Of a stretch of 64,000 nucleotides of DNA, positions 51,960-64,000 are shown piece after piece. Made by a program: the position numbers and the translations under genes. Under the pieces are notes generated by a model, which did no database searches, had not been told where the DNA came from, and saw only the letters and a list, made by a program, of their open reading frames with translations. The stretch's first letter is position 1, and each line of letters starts with the position of its first letter. The DNA lies in assembly GCA_026770705.1 (NCBI GenBank), contig JANJGN010000138.1, positions 620,001 through 684,000 of the forward strand, in the 5' to 3' direction. This stretch comes from Isurus oxyrinchus (Eukaryota).

Positions 51960-52480
51960 GACTATTTGCCGACGTGATGTTACCTGCACTGGAGGAGGGT
52001 GCGAGGGGAATAATGTGACGATGCACACTCTGAGGTCCACTTCCCGTCCTCAGAGGTGGATGGCTGTCACCCGGTCACAGTCCTCGATCTGTGAAAGGAA
52101 AAGTAGTGTTAGAAGGGAAACATTTGTTTTGTGCTCGCTAGAGGTTCTCCTGTGTTCATCCATTAGGGCATTCTTTCTCTCAGCTCCAAAACCCCCCTCA
52201 ACATCTGTGATTGCCCGCCCTGCCTCCAGATCTACCAGGACATGTGTCTGAATTTCCATGGATCTAAGGATGAGGTGATCTGGGCAGAGAGACCCAGCTT
52301 GGCTCATGCCCTCTCGTCAGCTGTTTCATCTGCAAACAGAGATATCTTCATGTAACTCGCCCATCAAAGAGACACACTAGCCTATACTGGTGGCAGCCTG
52401 ACTCTCCCGCATGGCACCACAGGAACGTATCCTGCATGCAGCACTAATCAGCGTGCAACCCTTCATCTGTCTTCTGACAT
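51960..52480 (-). mobile_element. Harbinger-type Myb/SANT accessory-gene remnant (paralogs at ~53570-54230 and ~55690-56490)
   Basis: GSLCPDHLILRSME..VLVDLEAGRAITDVEGG resembles the TGGG.PDL.IL..E..AL..AG..RA..D.E.G segment of Harbinger Myb proteins. The three segments share ctcagag(g/a)tgg..ctg..ccc..tcacag and tccatcc.tt.agg.ca.tc.ctctc.cagctc. Confidence 0.5.
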
Positions 52481-53204
52481 TTCAGCTCTTCATTCAGTAA
52501 CCAAGGCTCCCTTGCTATCTCCTCCAGAGCTGCTGTGTTTGAAAGTACTGCTGGCTGCCTTTACAGATGGCTTCAGCATTATCTGAACCAGGATGTCCCC
52601 CGTCTACACCGTCGAACTGGACGCCTCCTCCCACCTGTCAGCGGTGATAATATTGCATTTGTAACACTGACTACCCTGACTCTACGTCCAAATACCCACT
52701 TACAATCTGATCAGCCCTTCGCACCCTCCGGTAAAATTCCAGTCATTAACTTCAGCCCCATCACAAACTCCATTCCCGAGCCATTGACCATCCCATACCC
52801 CTCCCTAGGAACCTGGATAAGGACATGGAATCCTGCGCTTTTGTATTATATCATCATCCTTTTTGCCATTTTGTCCTTTCCTTGCCACCCTCCCATCCCC
52901 ATTTCCCTGTTGCTGAAAAGATGTTGACTAGCTGATTTTTTTTCTTCAATTCTATTGAAAGCGCATTGATAGAAACATTTAACTTTTTTTTTTCTCTCTG
53001 AACAGATATTGGCTGACCTGCTGAGTATTTCCAGTATATTCTATATAGATTTCAGATTTACACCAACGATAGTATTTTATCTACTCGATAAATGGAAGTT
53101 GTTTTTTGAATTTTGCACACCATGTATTATTGTCGTAATTATTGGTCTTAAAAAAAAACTGATTTAATCCTGATCCCTGTTATCTTTTTCGCTCTGATCT
53201 TCAG

Positions 53205-53375
53205 CCTGTGATATAACGATCTCACAAGTTCTGCTGCCGGGGATCTCGCCTCTGGTCTCAGTACCAGCTGGTCACTGACGTATCTGAACATTGATCTTAA
53301 TAAATTGTGAGATTCAGGGGTGAAAATATTATCTGAGGCTCTGAGGAATCTGGAATGTAAAATACAGAAACTGCA
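53205..53375 (+). pseudogene. NLR-type (ribonuclease-inhibitor-like) LRR exon, 171 nt, two in-frame stops
   Basis: ttcag|C CTG TGA..: L*YNDLTSSAAGDLASGLSTSWSLTYLNIDLNKL*DSGVKILSEALRNLECKIQKL|gtaagt. Confidence 0.9.
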
Positions 53376-55343
53376 GTAAGTACAGACTGTGTGATATTAT
53401 GTTTATAAGAGCAGGATAGAAAACAAAACAATGTCAGCACAATTACTTGTATAATAAATAAAAGCTGTCCAACTTTATTGGTGCCTGTGATAAAGTTATA
53501 AATTTAAAATTTCTCCATTTACTCTGATTCATGTAATTTCTGTCTCTAATCCCATCTATGGCATGTCCGTCCCACAGAATTTGTGCTGAGGGTGCAGGGG
53601 AATAAAGGACCCCTCCCCCTCCTCAGAGATGGTCTGTTCCCCGGTCACAGGAGTCCTGGATTTGCGATAGCAAGAAGAGGGTTTCGAGGGCAATGCGCTT
53701 TACAACACCATCCTCAGATTATTGTTTGTGAACAGTGATGCACACATGAACACGATGTTTTGTGGTGACCAGAGGCTCTCCTGTGTCCATCCATTAGGCC
53801 ACTCTCTCTCTCAGCTCTGTAACTCATCTCACCATCAGTAATTGCTGCCCAGACTCTAGGCTTCCCAGCTCCAGCGCTTCACCTTCCCTCATAGTCCGGA
53901 AGAAGGCTAAACTGGTGCAGCTCGACTGTCCATCATGACGCCACTGGGATGACTCCTGCATGGAGCCATTTGGTCGGCACAAATCAACTCTGACTCGGCC
54001 CTTCAGAGAGGCTGACATCCCTAACAGGCAATGCTGCTGCCTGGGCATTGCCAGTGTCTGGGTGGGAATGACCTTTCTACCAATTTCACTTTCATCATAA
54101 GTCATAAGTGAAGCTGTAAGCTTCACCTTGTGTGCTGCACTCACGGCCATTATCCTCATCCCCACCACAAACTCCATCCCCTGATCACTGATGCTCCATG
54201 TCCTCTAGCGACCCAGGACAAGAACTTGGGGATGCTGTGATTTGGTCTTGCAAGCAGGGAAATTATCCCTTTGAGGTCGTAATCACAGAATTACAGCGGG
54301 TGTGACGTGGTTCAACACCCAACAGAACATCACAAATGTTAGATTCAGAATCAACTCTTAGGCTGTACTGAACTGTTCCCACGTTACTTCCATTTACAGT
54401 AAGCTAACACTTAGTCGCACATGTGATATATATGAGACATCAAGTCCCTAGGCTATCCCTCTCTGAACTAGCTATTCCCAAAGCTGCCAGAATAACACTT
54501 ACAATCACCCCTCGGCTGGTCTTCTGAAGAGGATGTGACTATCTTTGGCTCCAGGTGGGTGTATTATACTGCAGATCACAGTGCACACTTCTACAGCTCT
54601 CTGCACAAAATTGTGATTGCTCTTTCTCTGGAGGCCAACTTGGCTTTCTTGTTAGCTTATGTTCTCACTCACTTTAAACAGAATTTGATCGTTAATCAAG
54701 AGGGACAAAGGCCAGCTTGTTTCTGCTGATGGTTGACCCATACAGGTTTATATACCCTATTGTCTGATTATGTTAGCAGACGCCAAACCAGTTTACCTAC
54801 TCAAGTGTTAATAGTCACTTGAAACAGTTGTTTGACCACATTTCCTGCTGCAACCTGGCTCTCAAAAAGCAAATTCTCACACCAGGAGATACTGAGTGCT
54901 GTCCTTCATGCACCATCATCCTGTGTCATTTAATCACACCTACACTTCCATTTTGTTTCTTTCTTACCTCCATCTCCCCCATTTCCCTGGCAGGGGCGGA
55001 TGGTCGTCTGAGGCCTCGATCACCCCAGCGTCAGTTGCTGAAATATATCGTCTGGTGGGAAGCCCAGCCGAAAAACTTTACTCTCACCCATTGCTTAAAA
55101 CCTACTGGCGGGTGAGCTTAAAATTCAAGCTGCTATCTCTAATTCTACCTTCACATATAGTGTCTGACTTGATGAGTATTTCCAGCATTTTCTATTTATA
55201 TTTCAGATTTTCATCATCAATAGTATTTTCCTTAGATATAATGGAGTGTCTCACATTGTACTTTACTATTGTCATTAATGCTGTACCCTCAGACACCGGA
55301 GATTTACCCTGATTTTTGTTGGTTTTCTCTCCCATATCTGCAT

Positions 55344-55514
55344 TCTAAAGAATAACAATCTCACAGGTTCTTGTGCCAAGGATCGTGCCTCTGCTATCAG
55401 TACAAACCAGTCAGTGACAGATCTGGACATGGGGCTTAATCAACTGGGTGACTCAGGAGTGAAACTACTGTCTATGGCTCTGCAGAACTTGGACTGCAAA
55501 TTACAAAGAATGAA
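55344..55514 (+). pseudogene. NLR-type LRR exon, 171 nt, open frame but acceptor mutated (CAT for CAG)
   Basis: LKNNNLTGSCAKDRASAISTNQSVTDLDMGLNQLGDSGVKLLSMALQNLDCKLQRM|gtaagt. Confidence 0.9.
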
Positions 55515-56679
55515 GTAAGTACCAAACGGTGTGAGAGTATGTTGATAATAACTGAATGTCTAACAGAACATTTTCAGCAAACTTATTAGAAAAAATAATT
55601 ACCACTGTCGATTATTACTAACGTCAGTTATTATGGTATTATTGGAAATGAAACTGCATGTCCTCCGCCTCCTGTAACTTCTGTCAAATCCCCAGCCTAT
55701 GCGATGTCAGTCCAAGAGATTTGTGTGCCAAGGGTGTGGGGGAAAAATGTGACGGTGCACCCAGGGGCACTCTCCCCCTTCTCAGAGGTGGATGGCTGCA
55801 CCCAATAACAGCAGCCCTTGATTTATGAGATGGAGGAGAGTAATTATGGGGAAATGCACATCCCAACATTTCCTTCATACTACTCCATGTGACTAGGGAC
55901 TGATACATGATCACTTTATTTGTGGTCTCCATAGGCTGTCCTGTGTCCATCCTTCAGGCCATTCACTCTCTCAGCTCCACAACAATCTCACTGTCAGTGA
56001 TTTCCTGCCCTGATTCCAATCTCCCATGGCCAGCATTTCATCTTCCATTGGCTTAATGGTGACAAGATCTGGATGTAGCCAACTATCTTTGATGGTTCCA
56101 AGACATTGTGTGCTCTCTTGTACAAGCACGTAAATTTCCATAATTACTCACCCATCAAAGACATACAAGAGCCTGCGGTGGTGACAGCCGGACTTTCCAT
56201 CATTGAGACACAGGGATGCTTCCTGCTTGAACCCACTGTGTCACGGGAGCACATGAGTCAATTCTGACTGACCGGGGATCACCACCGAGAGGCTGATATC
56301 CTTCTGGCAGCCAATGCTTCTGCCTGGGTATTGCCAGTGGCTGGGTGGGCAAAACCTTTTGACCAAGTTCACTTTTATCCTTCGTCACATATAAGGCTGT
56401 GAGGCTAACACTGTGTACTGGACTCACAGCCATTATCTTTCTCCCCATCACAAACTTCATTCCTTTACCATCCTCCTTCCATGTCCTCACACGAGTGACA
56501 CGGGTTTAAGGTGTGGAGTCCCCTGATTTGTTTTGTACCCTAGCCAGTTTAATCACGTTAATACTCGGTGCGTTTCCATTTTCTACTAAGAAAATCCCTG
56601 CAATTTGCTGCCACTTAAAACCGGTCAAGACCCTGCTTTTCCCAGTTCTATTGTAAGCTCATCAAACTGAATCATTAAC

Positions 56680-57362
56680 CTGGAGTGAATTTTTCCCTTT
56701 CCGGTCGCATGAATGAGGAGCCTGGGAGCGGATGTGAAATGCGCTTCTGCCCGATCAGCCCCGCGACCATGATCTTACGCTGCTTGGCCAAATGAGAGCC
56801 AGCCAGTGTGAAGCGTACCCGGGGAAAGTCTCAGCACTGCCGCTGGGGGAGGGAAGAGGGCGGCACCGACCTCACTGTAAGTGCTAATGAGCGCTTCCAG
56901 TGAGCTCCCTGAAGGCAGAATGATGCCTGAGAGAGCTGCAGACCGCCGGATAAAAAAAAGAAAAGCACAAAAGGGCTGCAAAAATGTCAATGCAGCACAA
57001 TCAAGCTCGTTAAAGCAGGCCTCACACGAAAAATAGTCCTCGGATATTTATTTTTATTTTAAATCCTAACGGAGATTCCATCCCTCCCTTGGATGAGGTT
57101 TCACCAAGAATGTAAAGGTTTTCTGGTCGATTGGCTGGTCCGCCAACGTAAGGTTTCATGGGCCACGAAAACCCACTGACAATTGGGACGTTAGTGGATT
57201 TAATTTCCCGCTTAATTGTGCGCGTGTGCTCTTTAAATTTTGCGAGTACTCGCCAAGCGAAATATCGCAAGAGTGCGTGATGACGTCACTACGCTCGTCC
57301 GAGATCATCTCATTCGATTCCACACCTGCTTGCGTCAGGCACGCACCCACCTGCGGGACTCT
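56680..57362. mobile_element. CpG-rich non-autonomous DNA-transposon-like (MITE) insertion
   Basis: CpG-rich block starting ggagtgaatttttccc; it splits a Penelope-type terminal repeat (..gttctattg..cattaacc | tctgtttctccc..gatact..gctgac). Confidence 0.5.
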
Positions 57363-57596
57363 GGGGTCTGTTTCTCCCTTCCCAGATACTGTCTCACAGG
57401 CTGACTATTTACAGAATATTCCTTTATACTTCGCAATGACAGTATCAATTATAGATTACTTTTATGTTTTGAAATTGTTTCTTCAATGTTTCACACTGTA
57501 TATTATTATTTATATTAGTTACTTTCCTTGATAGAAACTGGAAATATATTCTGATTACTGTTATTTTTCTATTTCGAACTCTCCTCCACCCCCCAG

Positions 57597-57762
57597 TCTA
57601 TGGGGCACCAATCTGACAGATTCTTGCGCAAAGGATCTTGCCTCTGTTTTTTTAGTCGCTCAGTGACGGATCTGAACCTGGGTAACAACAAACTGCGAGA
57701 TTCAGGAGTGACAGACTGTCTGTCGCTCTGAGGAGGCAGGAATGTAAAATACAGAACCTGGA
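57597..57762 (+). pseudogene. NLR-type LRR exon, 166 nt, frameshifted
   Basis: ccccag|T LWGTNLTDSCAKDLASV..RSVTDLNLGNNKLRDSGV..LSVALRRQECKIQNL|gtaat. Confidence 0.88.
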
Positions 57763-57765
57763 GTA

Positions 57766-58292
57766 ATATAGATTTTTCTTTTCCCACCTATTTCCATTAT
57801 TTTTAAATATTTTAAAATCTTTTATGCTCTCCCCACCCCCACTAGAGCTATACCTTGAGTGCCCTACCATCCATTCTTAATTAGCACATTCGTTTAGATA
57901 ATATCACCAACTTTAACTTTAACACCTATGTGTTCTATTGTACCATTGCCGTTGACATCTTTTGATGATTTGCTTCTATCACTGCTTGTGTCCATACAAC
58001 CNNNNNNNNNNNNNNNNNNNNNNNNNNNNNNNNNNNNNNNNNNNNNNNNNNNNNNNNNNNNNNNNNNNNNNNNNNNNNNNNNNNNNNNNNNNNNNNNNNN
58101 NNNNNNNNNNNNNNNNNNNNNNNNNNNNNATTTCAACTTTTTCTTGGACTCGAACTCAAGTTCTGTCGAACGGTCATGAGGACTCGAAAGGTCAACTCTT
58201 TTCTTCTCTGCCGATGCTGCCAGACCTGCTGAGTTTTCCAGGTAATTCTGTTTTTGTCTTCGATTTCCAGCATCCGCATTTTTTTTGTTTTC
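57766..58292 (+). mobile_element. Penelope terminal-repeat copy (same young family as 28454-29414), spanning an assembly gap
   Basis: Near-identical to 28960-29414 (cactagagctataccttgagtgccct..gataatatcaccaactttaactttaacacctatgtg). Confidence 0.9.
58002..58129. other. Assembly gap (128 N)
   Basis: N run; the equivalent part of the paralog (~29173-29249) holds (CT)n/(CA)n tracts. Confidence 0.99.
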
Positions 58293-58480
58293 AGCCTGGA
58301 TATTGTCCAGGTCTTTCTGCATTTGGCCATGGACTGCTTCAGTATCCGAGGAGTCGCGAATGGTGCTGAACATTTTGCAATCATCAGCGAGCATCTCCAC
58401 TTCTGGCATTATGTTGGATGGAAGATCATTGATGAAACAACTGATGATAGTTTGGCCGAGGACACTACCCTGAGGACACT
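58293..58480 (-). mobile_element. Zenon-like LINE RT fragment
   Basis: CPQGSVLGQTIISCFINDLPS..MLADDCKMFSTIRDS..MQKDLDNIQA. Confidence 0.85.
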
Positions 58481-58489
58481 GCACCGCAA

Positions 58490-59430
58490 GTGAGAGCCAT
58501 GGAAAATAATAGAAAATTCATTGGGGAAGTGAAGAGGAAATGCAGGTAGAAAAGCGCGACTGGGAGAATAGACTAGCAGTTACTTTCTCTATGGATATAA
58601 ATATAAAAAGGTTGTGAAAACAGGAGCGGGCAATATAAACCTGCTTTTAATTAAATGTTGATCATTCACAGGATTGGTTTAGGGGCAGGGCATTGAGGAA
58701 AGTAAGTTTGGAAATTGCGGAGGGCAGTGGGCCGCAAATTTCCAATCCAGCTTAGTTATAATGGACGATGCTAGAGGATTGTAGAATTGCAAATATTATA
58801 CCATTGTTAACAAAATGTAGCTAAGTATCATTTTGTAAACCACACAAGCACCAGTTTAACCACAAGTGGTTGAAGAGCTTTTGGAAACGATATCCAGAGA
58901 CAAAATGTATTACCACATGGATAACTGCGGATTCTTTAATTAAAACATGTCTGGATGTGTTAAAAGCAGATTGTGTTCAGTTAACTTGATTGTTTTGGGA
59001 AGAAGACTGTCAGTGGAGCATGGGCACCAAGTCAGCTGAATGATAGAAAACAAAGAGCTGCTGTGATTTGATATATAATGGGATTCTCCAGCTATCAACA
59101 GTGTCATCAATGCTGTTTTTCTCCAACACAGGACCGAGGCGCCAACTTGGAAGGCACCATTTCAGAATTTGTGGATGACACAAAACTCAGAAGTGTTGTG
59201 AAATTCAGAGGAGGCTAATAATAAACTTCCAGCGGACGGAGGTAGGCTGAAGGGACAGATGCCATGAAGTGAAATTTAATGTGGAGAAGTGTGAAGTTGT
59301 ACATTATTTCAGGGATAGCGAAGAAAGGTGATATGAGCCAATGCTAAATGAGATACAGGAGCCGAGGGGGCTGGAGAATTGGCTGCACCAACCATTGAAG
59401 TTGGCAGCGCATGTCGGGACGTTAGTTAAA
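58490..59430 (+). mobile_element. Old, heavily deleted CR1 RT region
   Basis: gaggattgtagaattgcaaatattataccattgtt (EDW.IANI.PLF), tttgtggatgacacaaaact (F.DDTK), aaatttaatgtggagaagtgtgaagt (FNVEKCEV). Confidence 0.75.
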
Positions 59431-60384
59431 CTAGTGACCGGTGATTCAGCGCAAAATCAAGTGGGTCCACCGACTGTGCGTTGAATTTTCAATTCACTCC
59501 GAGCATTCAGCGGAGTTGCAAGGAGAGGGAACTGGAATATCTTTCTACTTGGCTTTCAGTGAGAGATTTGTCGTGTTTGTAGCAAATACAGTAACAACTA
59601 ACCAGAAGGAAAAATAAAGCAACTGCAGTCGTCATGTATGCGTTGATCTCAGAGACAGTCGGCTCGCAGCACCGCTTGACAGAAGAGAAGACAACACTGT
59701 GGAGAGTTCTCACTGATTTCCGCTAATATTTGCGCTGTGCTGAGTGTTCCTCATAAGAACTGAAACCGAGTTAAATTTAATTCAAAAAGGTTATACGGCG
59801 AAAGCGTTCCTTTCTCAGTTTGTGAATTTTAATGAATTATGTGCCGCTGAAAAACTTCTGAGCTATGACGTATATTTTGCAATATCATTGTTTTGTTTCG
59901 CCCGGACGTGGTTTAAAGAAATTCGCAATAAATTATTCCCCTGTTGTACGAAACTTGTAAAGCACATAGAAACAAATGATTTTAGTGCCGCCAACTGAAC
60001 AGTCGATGCAGAGCCAGTCATGAAGGATGTGTGGAGTACACGAAGAGCATATTATTCAGGAATCCAGTGAGCAATGGACGTATTTTCTAGATGACGAGAA
60101 TCAGGGGAACAAGGAGGTGCAAAAGGTTGGGCCTTCAGGTACTTCGCTCACTAACCGCCAATGCACTTGTACAAACAATCACTTTAAGACCTCAACTTCC
60201 AGGCTGTCATATCGAACTACCACTCATTGCAAAAGATATTTATACAACTGCCTTTAATTTGCTGCTACACGGATATATGTAACATGCTAAAAACCTACAA
60301 AGGAGTTTTGTAATGCAATGTTAGGAATTACATACCACCATCTTGCTATAAACATGACTGTACACCACTTCTGGGGTCGCAAAA

Positions 60385-61830
60385 TTAAAAGGAATTCTTT
60401 ATGTAAGTGATGGTGCTGTATGACGGTGCGAATTGAGAATTCTGAGCGTGGTATAATGGAGGCAGCAGATCAGCCAGAAAGTTACTGAATTTTTGTGAAG
60501 CCATGAAACACGTTATACATCTGCTCCTATTTCTCATATTCTTAGAGGCACTGCTCAGACGAAGCACGAGGATTACATTGACACTGGATTGGAAGCAGTG
60601 CTGATTCCGCAGTTTGGTTGGTTACTTTAGGAGTTCACTTCTCATAATCTTAGATTTGTATAATTTCAGGAAGGGTAAAGCAGAGACGGTGCCCGTCCTG
60701 CCTTTGCTGGTTCGCTCAAGGAGACATTCACCTAGTATCAATCCCCCGCCGTTTTCTGCATCTTTCCACCCCCCCCCCCCCCCACCCTCCACCCCGCCTT
60801 TTCAGGACTTCTACTTGTTTCTAATCTCTTGAGAAAAGAAGAATGAAGGGTGGACTGATCGAGGTTTCTACCCAGTTAGAGTCTAGGGTTAGATGAAATA
60901 GGGAGAAACTGCTTCCGCCGTCGGGACGAATGGAGTTGAACCAGCACATATTGCTGGCACTAATTCACAGATTCATTGTCTCGGCCAACCAAGGGAAAAG
61001 TCCAGAAGAACTTATCACACTGAGAGCAGCTGGGAATCTAGAAATAATTCCTAAAAATTATCAAGGACACCGAAATTTCGAGAAAAAATTCTTCATTGTT
61101 TGCAAACCGATTAAACATATTCATCTCTTCTGTTCTCTTGAATAAGTCAGTAAGCTTTGCTTTTGTTAAACTGTAATTTCACTGGGATTAAACCGTTTGA
61201 CCCAAAAGGCTGCACTTGGAATACGTCAGGAGCAATGGGCCCTCAGAATAAATGCCTGATGCTCTACTGACACGGCTATCCGGGCTGTATTGAACGTTTT
61301 TTTCCCATCGCTGCCTTCACCGTCTAACAAGAGTCTTCACAGCGTTTATATATTTTTTTCATTTCCTTCTGTGGTAATTCACTGCCTGCAACGCATTTAC
61401 CCCACAGGCAGACCGGCAGCCTCCCTTTGGCTTCATTTCACAAATCTTCTAAAAAGCATCACCTATTCGCTCCCAACCAGTGGCGTGTGAAGTGACAATT
61501 GTCGTTATCCTTTTATGTGCACTTGACCTTCAAAGCTTTGAAGGGTGTATATATTTCAGGGAGTTACTAAGTTGCAGGAATTGAAAACCGAGCTCCACAG
61601 CCACAGAGATTGATTTCGTGAGTGGTAAATAATTTATTATGTTTCTTGTTTGAGGAAAGTGTGATACTATTCCGTTGAAAGCAATACAGCTCACTCGGAG
61701 TGACGTTTAAATTTTATGAATCGCTAAGTGTAGGGATGTAAATGGATCTGTCAGCCCGAGACCATCATTAAAACGATCCACCATTTAACCCTACCCACTC
61801 TTTCTTGTATAACGTGCAGTAACATAAACC
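60385..61830 (-). repeat. Inverted dispersed copy of the tRNA-Lys module of the 3.2-kb unit
   Basis: Reverse complement of ~36700-38060 (e.g. gcagcctccctttggcttcattt at ~61416; catctgctcctatttctcat at ~60518). Confidence 0.8.
61213..61285 (-). pseudogene. tRNA-Lys(TTT)-derived pseudogene
   Basis: Minus strand reads gcccggatagccgtgtcagtagagcatcaggcatttattctgagggccca; first 11 nt match the consensus, T arm destroyed. Confidence 0.8.
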
Positions 61831-62699
61831 AGTGAACCTCCTCCCTTGTTCTGCTAAACCTGTAATAAAGCAAAGTGTTTCCTTAAGTAAACACCTCTAA
61901 ATGTAATGTTGGTCCATCGGGCTTCAAATAGCGGCACATAAACTCAAATGTTTTTTTTTCGGACATTGTTACGTTGATGTAACCTTCATAACATCTGCCT
62001 CCATCTTATCTTTTACTGAGTTTAACAGGTTTAATTTCATCACGTTTCTATCTTTGCCTCTTCATGTTACATTCAGACTGTTGCTATGCAACCATTTTCA
62101 ACCTTATCTGGACATGTCTTTTAATACTTCACCATAACCATTATAACTCTCGATAGCTGTTACATCAGGAAAAATGTTCTCCGCTTCCCTCCACGATCAG
62201 ACATTCGCCTTTGTACATCCTGCCCTTTCCTACTCTCCTCGTTTTTAAAAGTAGGTATATTTATATCTTTCTTCATTTCTGATGATAAGTCATCGACCTG
62301 CACAGGTCACGCTGATGCCACCACAGGTGCCGCCTGACCTGCTGATTATTTCCAGGTGGTTTGTTTTTATTCCCAGCAATCACGTTGCATTGCTTTACTA
62401 TCTGAAAGTTTGGTGGAATGAGATTCAATCTGAATTTTTAGAGAACTAATTTACAGGGTGACGGGGGAAGCGGGATTGTGGGACAAAATTGACAGCTCTT
62501 TCCAAGAACGGGCACAGAGTCGACGGGCCGACGGCCTCGTTCTGAACTGCAGGATTTGATGAATCGTGGCTTTAATTTCTGCATTGACCACGAGATTAGA
62601 AAATAGCTGAAGACGTGAAGGTGATGACCGAATGGTTGCAGATCATTGCCTGATGTTTTGTGCCGAACATGTAATGCATATAAGATGATCTCAAGCACA

Positions 62700-63385
62700 G
62701 CATAGGTCTACAAATTACTATTATATTAACTCATAAAACCCTTAATTAATTTGGCTTCCAATTACAGCCCCGTTAAGTCAACAGTAAAAACAATTACATT
62801 TAAACAGACCCCAGCATGTCGACACAATACCCTGGTCAGAGGTATTCAGACGGGCTATCCAAGCTTCGTCTGTGTAGACAGCAGGCTTAATGCAAAAATA
62901 CTGAAGGTTGTTTGCACTTCCAGTCCACCTTAGAATGCCTTGCCTGTCCTCGTTCTCCTTTATATATGTTTGCCCTTTTTAATATAAGCCCCATTGTTCC
63001 CATATGTCCTTGGACCTTTAACTGTCTAATAATATGAATCATATTGCTCATCATAGTGCTAATATTATCAGGAACATTTGGAAAAAATCACCATGCTGAA
63101 TGGTTGCCTTATCTGGCTAGGTGTAACATCCAACCATCTCTTTGAAATTGAAACTACTGTGATTTATCTTAAACTGCAAATTCTGCTCACCTCACATTCT
63201 AAGACTTCAGCCATGTTTTCCCATTTATCATTTCAAACCTAGCTTCATTTGATGAGTCAAATCCTCCAGACCAGTTGTCTCCAATTCAATTAAATCCCAC
63301 ACACACTCAGAGAAACTAATCAAATCCTCCTACTTTTAAAATAAATCACAATGATGTTATGAGAATTATTGTACGTTCTTGACAT
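62700..63385 (-). mobile_element. Partial LTR related to the 16320/33338 LTR family
   Basis: ccccgttaagtcaacag, ttatcttaaactgcaaatt and ccaattcaatta blocks shared with 33620-34260; ends ..ttcttgaca. Confidence 0.6.
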
Positions 63386-64000
63386 CTGAATTCCGTCCCT
63401 CAAACTCTATCCCCCTTTACCTCTCTCTTCTTCTTTCAAACACTCGTTCAAATCTACCCATTTGGCCAGACAGTTCATCATTTTCCAAAATACATCCTTG
63501 TGAAAATTCATTCTGAATGTTGATATATAACGCTCATTTCAAGTACATTGGCAAGCAGAGTGGTGGGGAGTGTTATTTTGTCAAATGCAACAGATACATA
63601 GAAGATTCTGCTGTGTTGTTCAGTTGAGCGGACTTCAAAATTAAATTCTGTGGATCCATTGAATGTTAATATATCCTTCCAGTCAAAGCTTGGGATGTGG
63701 ATATTGATGAGGATCACTGCTGAATCGGGGATGACGAGTTTTATCTATAGTTGGCTCCCATTTTTAGCAGCAGGTACCAGAGGCTATCCACATTCATCAT
63801 GCCAGAACACCAGCATCAATTTCCAATTTGGTAACTTCCATGTGGTGACCAGGACTGCACACAGTACTCAAATTGTTGTCTAACCAATGATCGATAAAGT
63901 GCCAAAATAACCTCGCTGCTAGCATATGTTGTGCCTCGTTTATTAAACAAAATGATTCTACCCGACTTCTTAAACACCTCATTAGCCTTTCAAGTAATAT

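Noticed and set aside
57894-58484. 196-aa ORF with RT motifs
   Set aside because: It is a chimera of a LINE fragment, antisense Penelope repeat and an N gap.
26602-61285. Functional tRNA genes
   Set aside because: Every tRNA-like segment has a broken B box, anticodon arm or stems, so all are called pseudogenes.

Overview
Repeat-dense vertebrate genomic DNA, most likely from a cartilaginous fish (shark-type CR1, Penelope, Gmr1-like LTR and Harbinger repeats, GPR139-like and NLR gene remnants; taxon is inferred, not proven). I found no intact host protein-coding gene. Contents: several decayed CR1 LINEs (one near full length with esterase ORF1); copies of a second CR1-superfamily LINE; a degraded Gmr1-type LTR element (gag-PR-INT-RT-RH order) with solo LTRs; and young Penelope elements with a GIY-YIG ORF and minimal hammerhead-like motifs. 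Host remnants are a GPR139/142-like GPCR pseudogene plus an orphan first exon of a paralog, and three tandemly duplicated ~171-nt NLR-type LRR pseudo-exons. The feature least visible in the ORF track is a decayed tRNA gene cluster: Thr(AGT)- and Lys(TTT)-like remnants in a ~3.2-kb tandem duplication, two more dispersed Lys modules and a Ser remnant. All alignments were done by eye against remembered consensus sequences, so boundaries are approximate.
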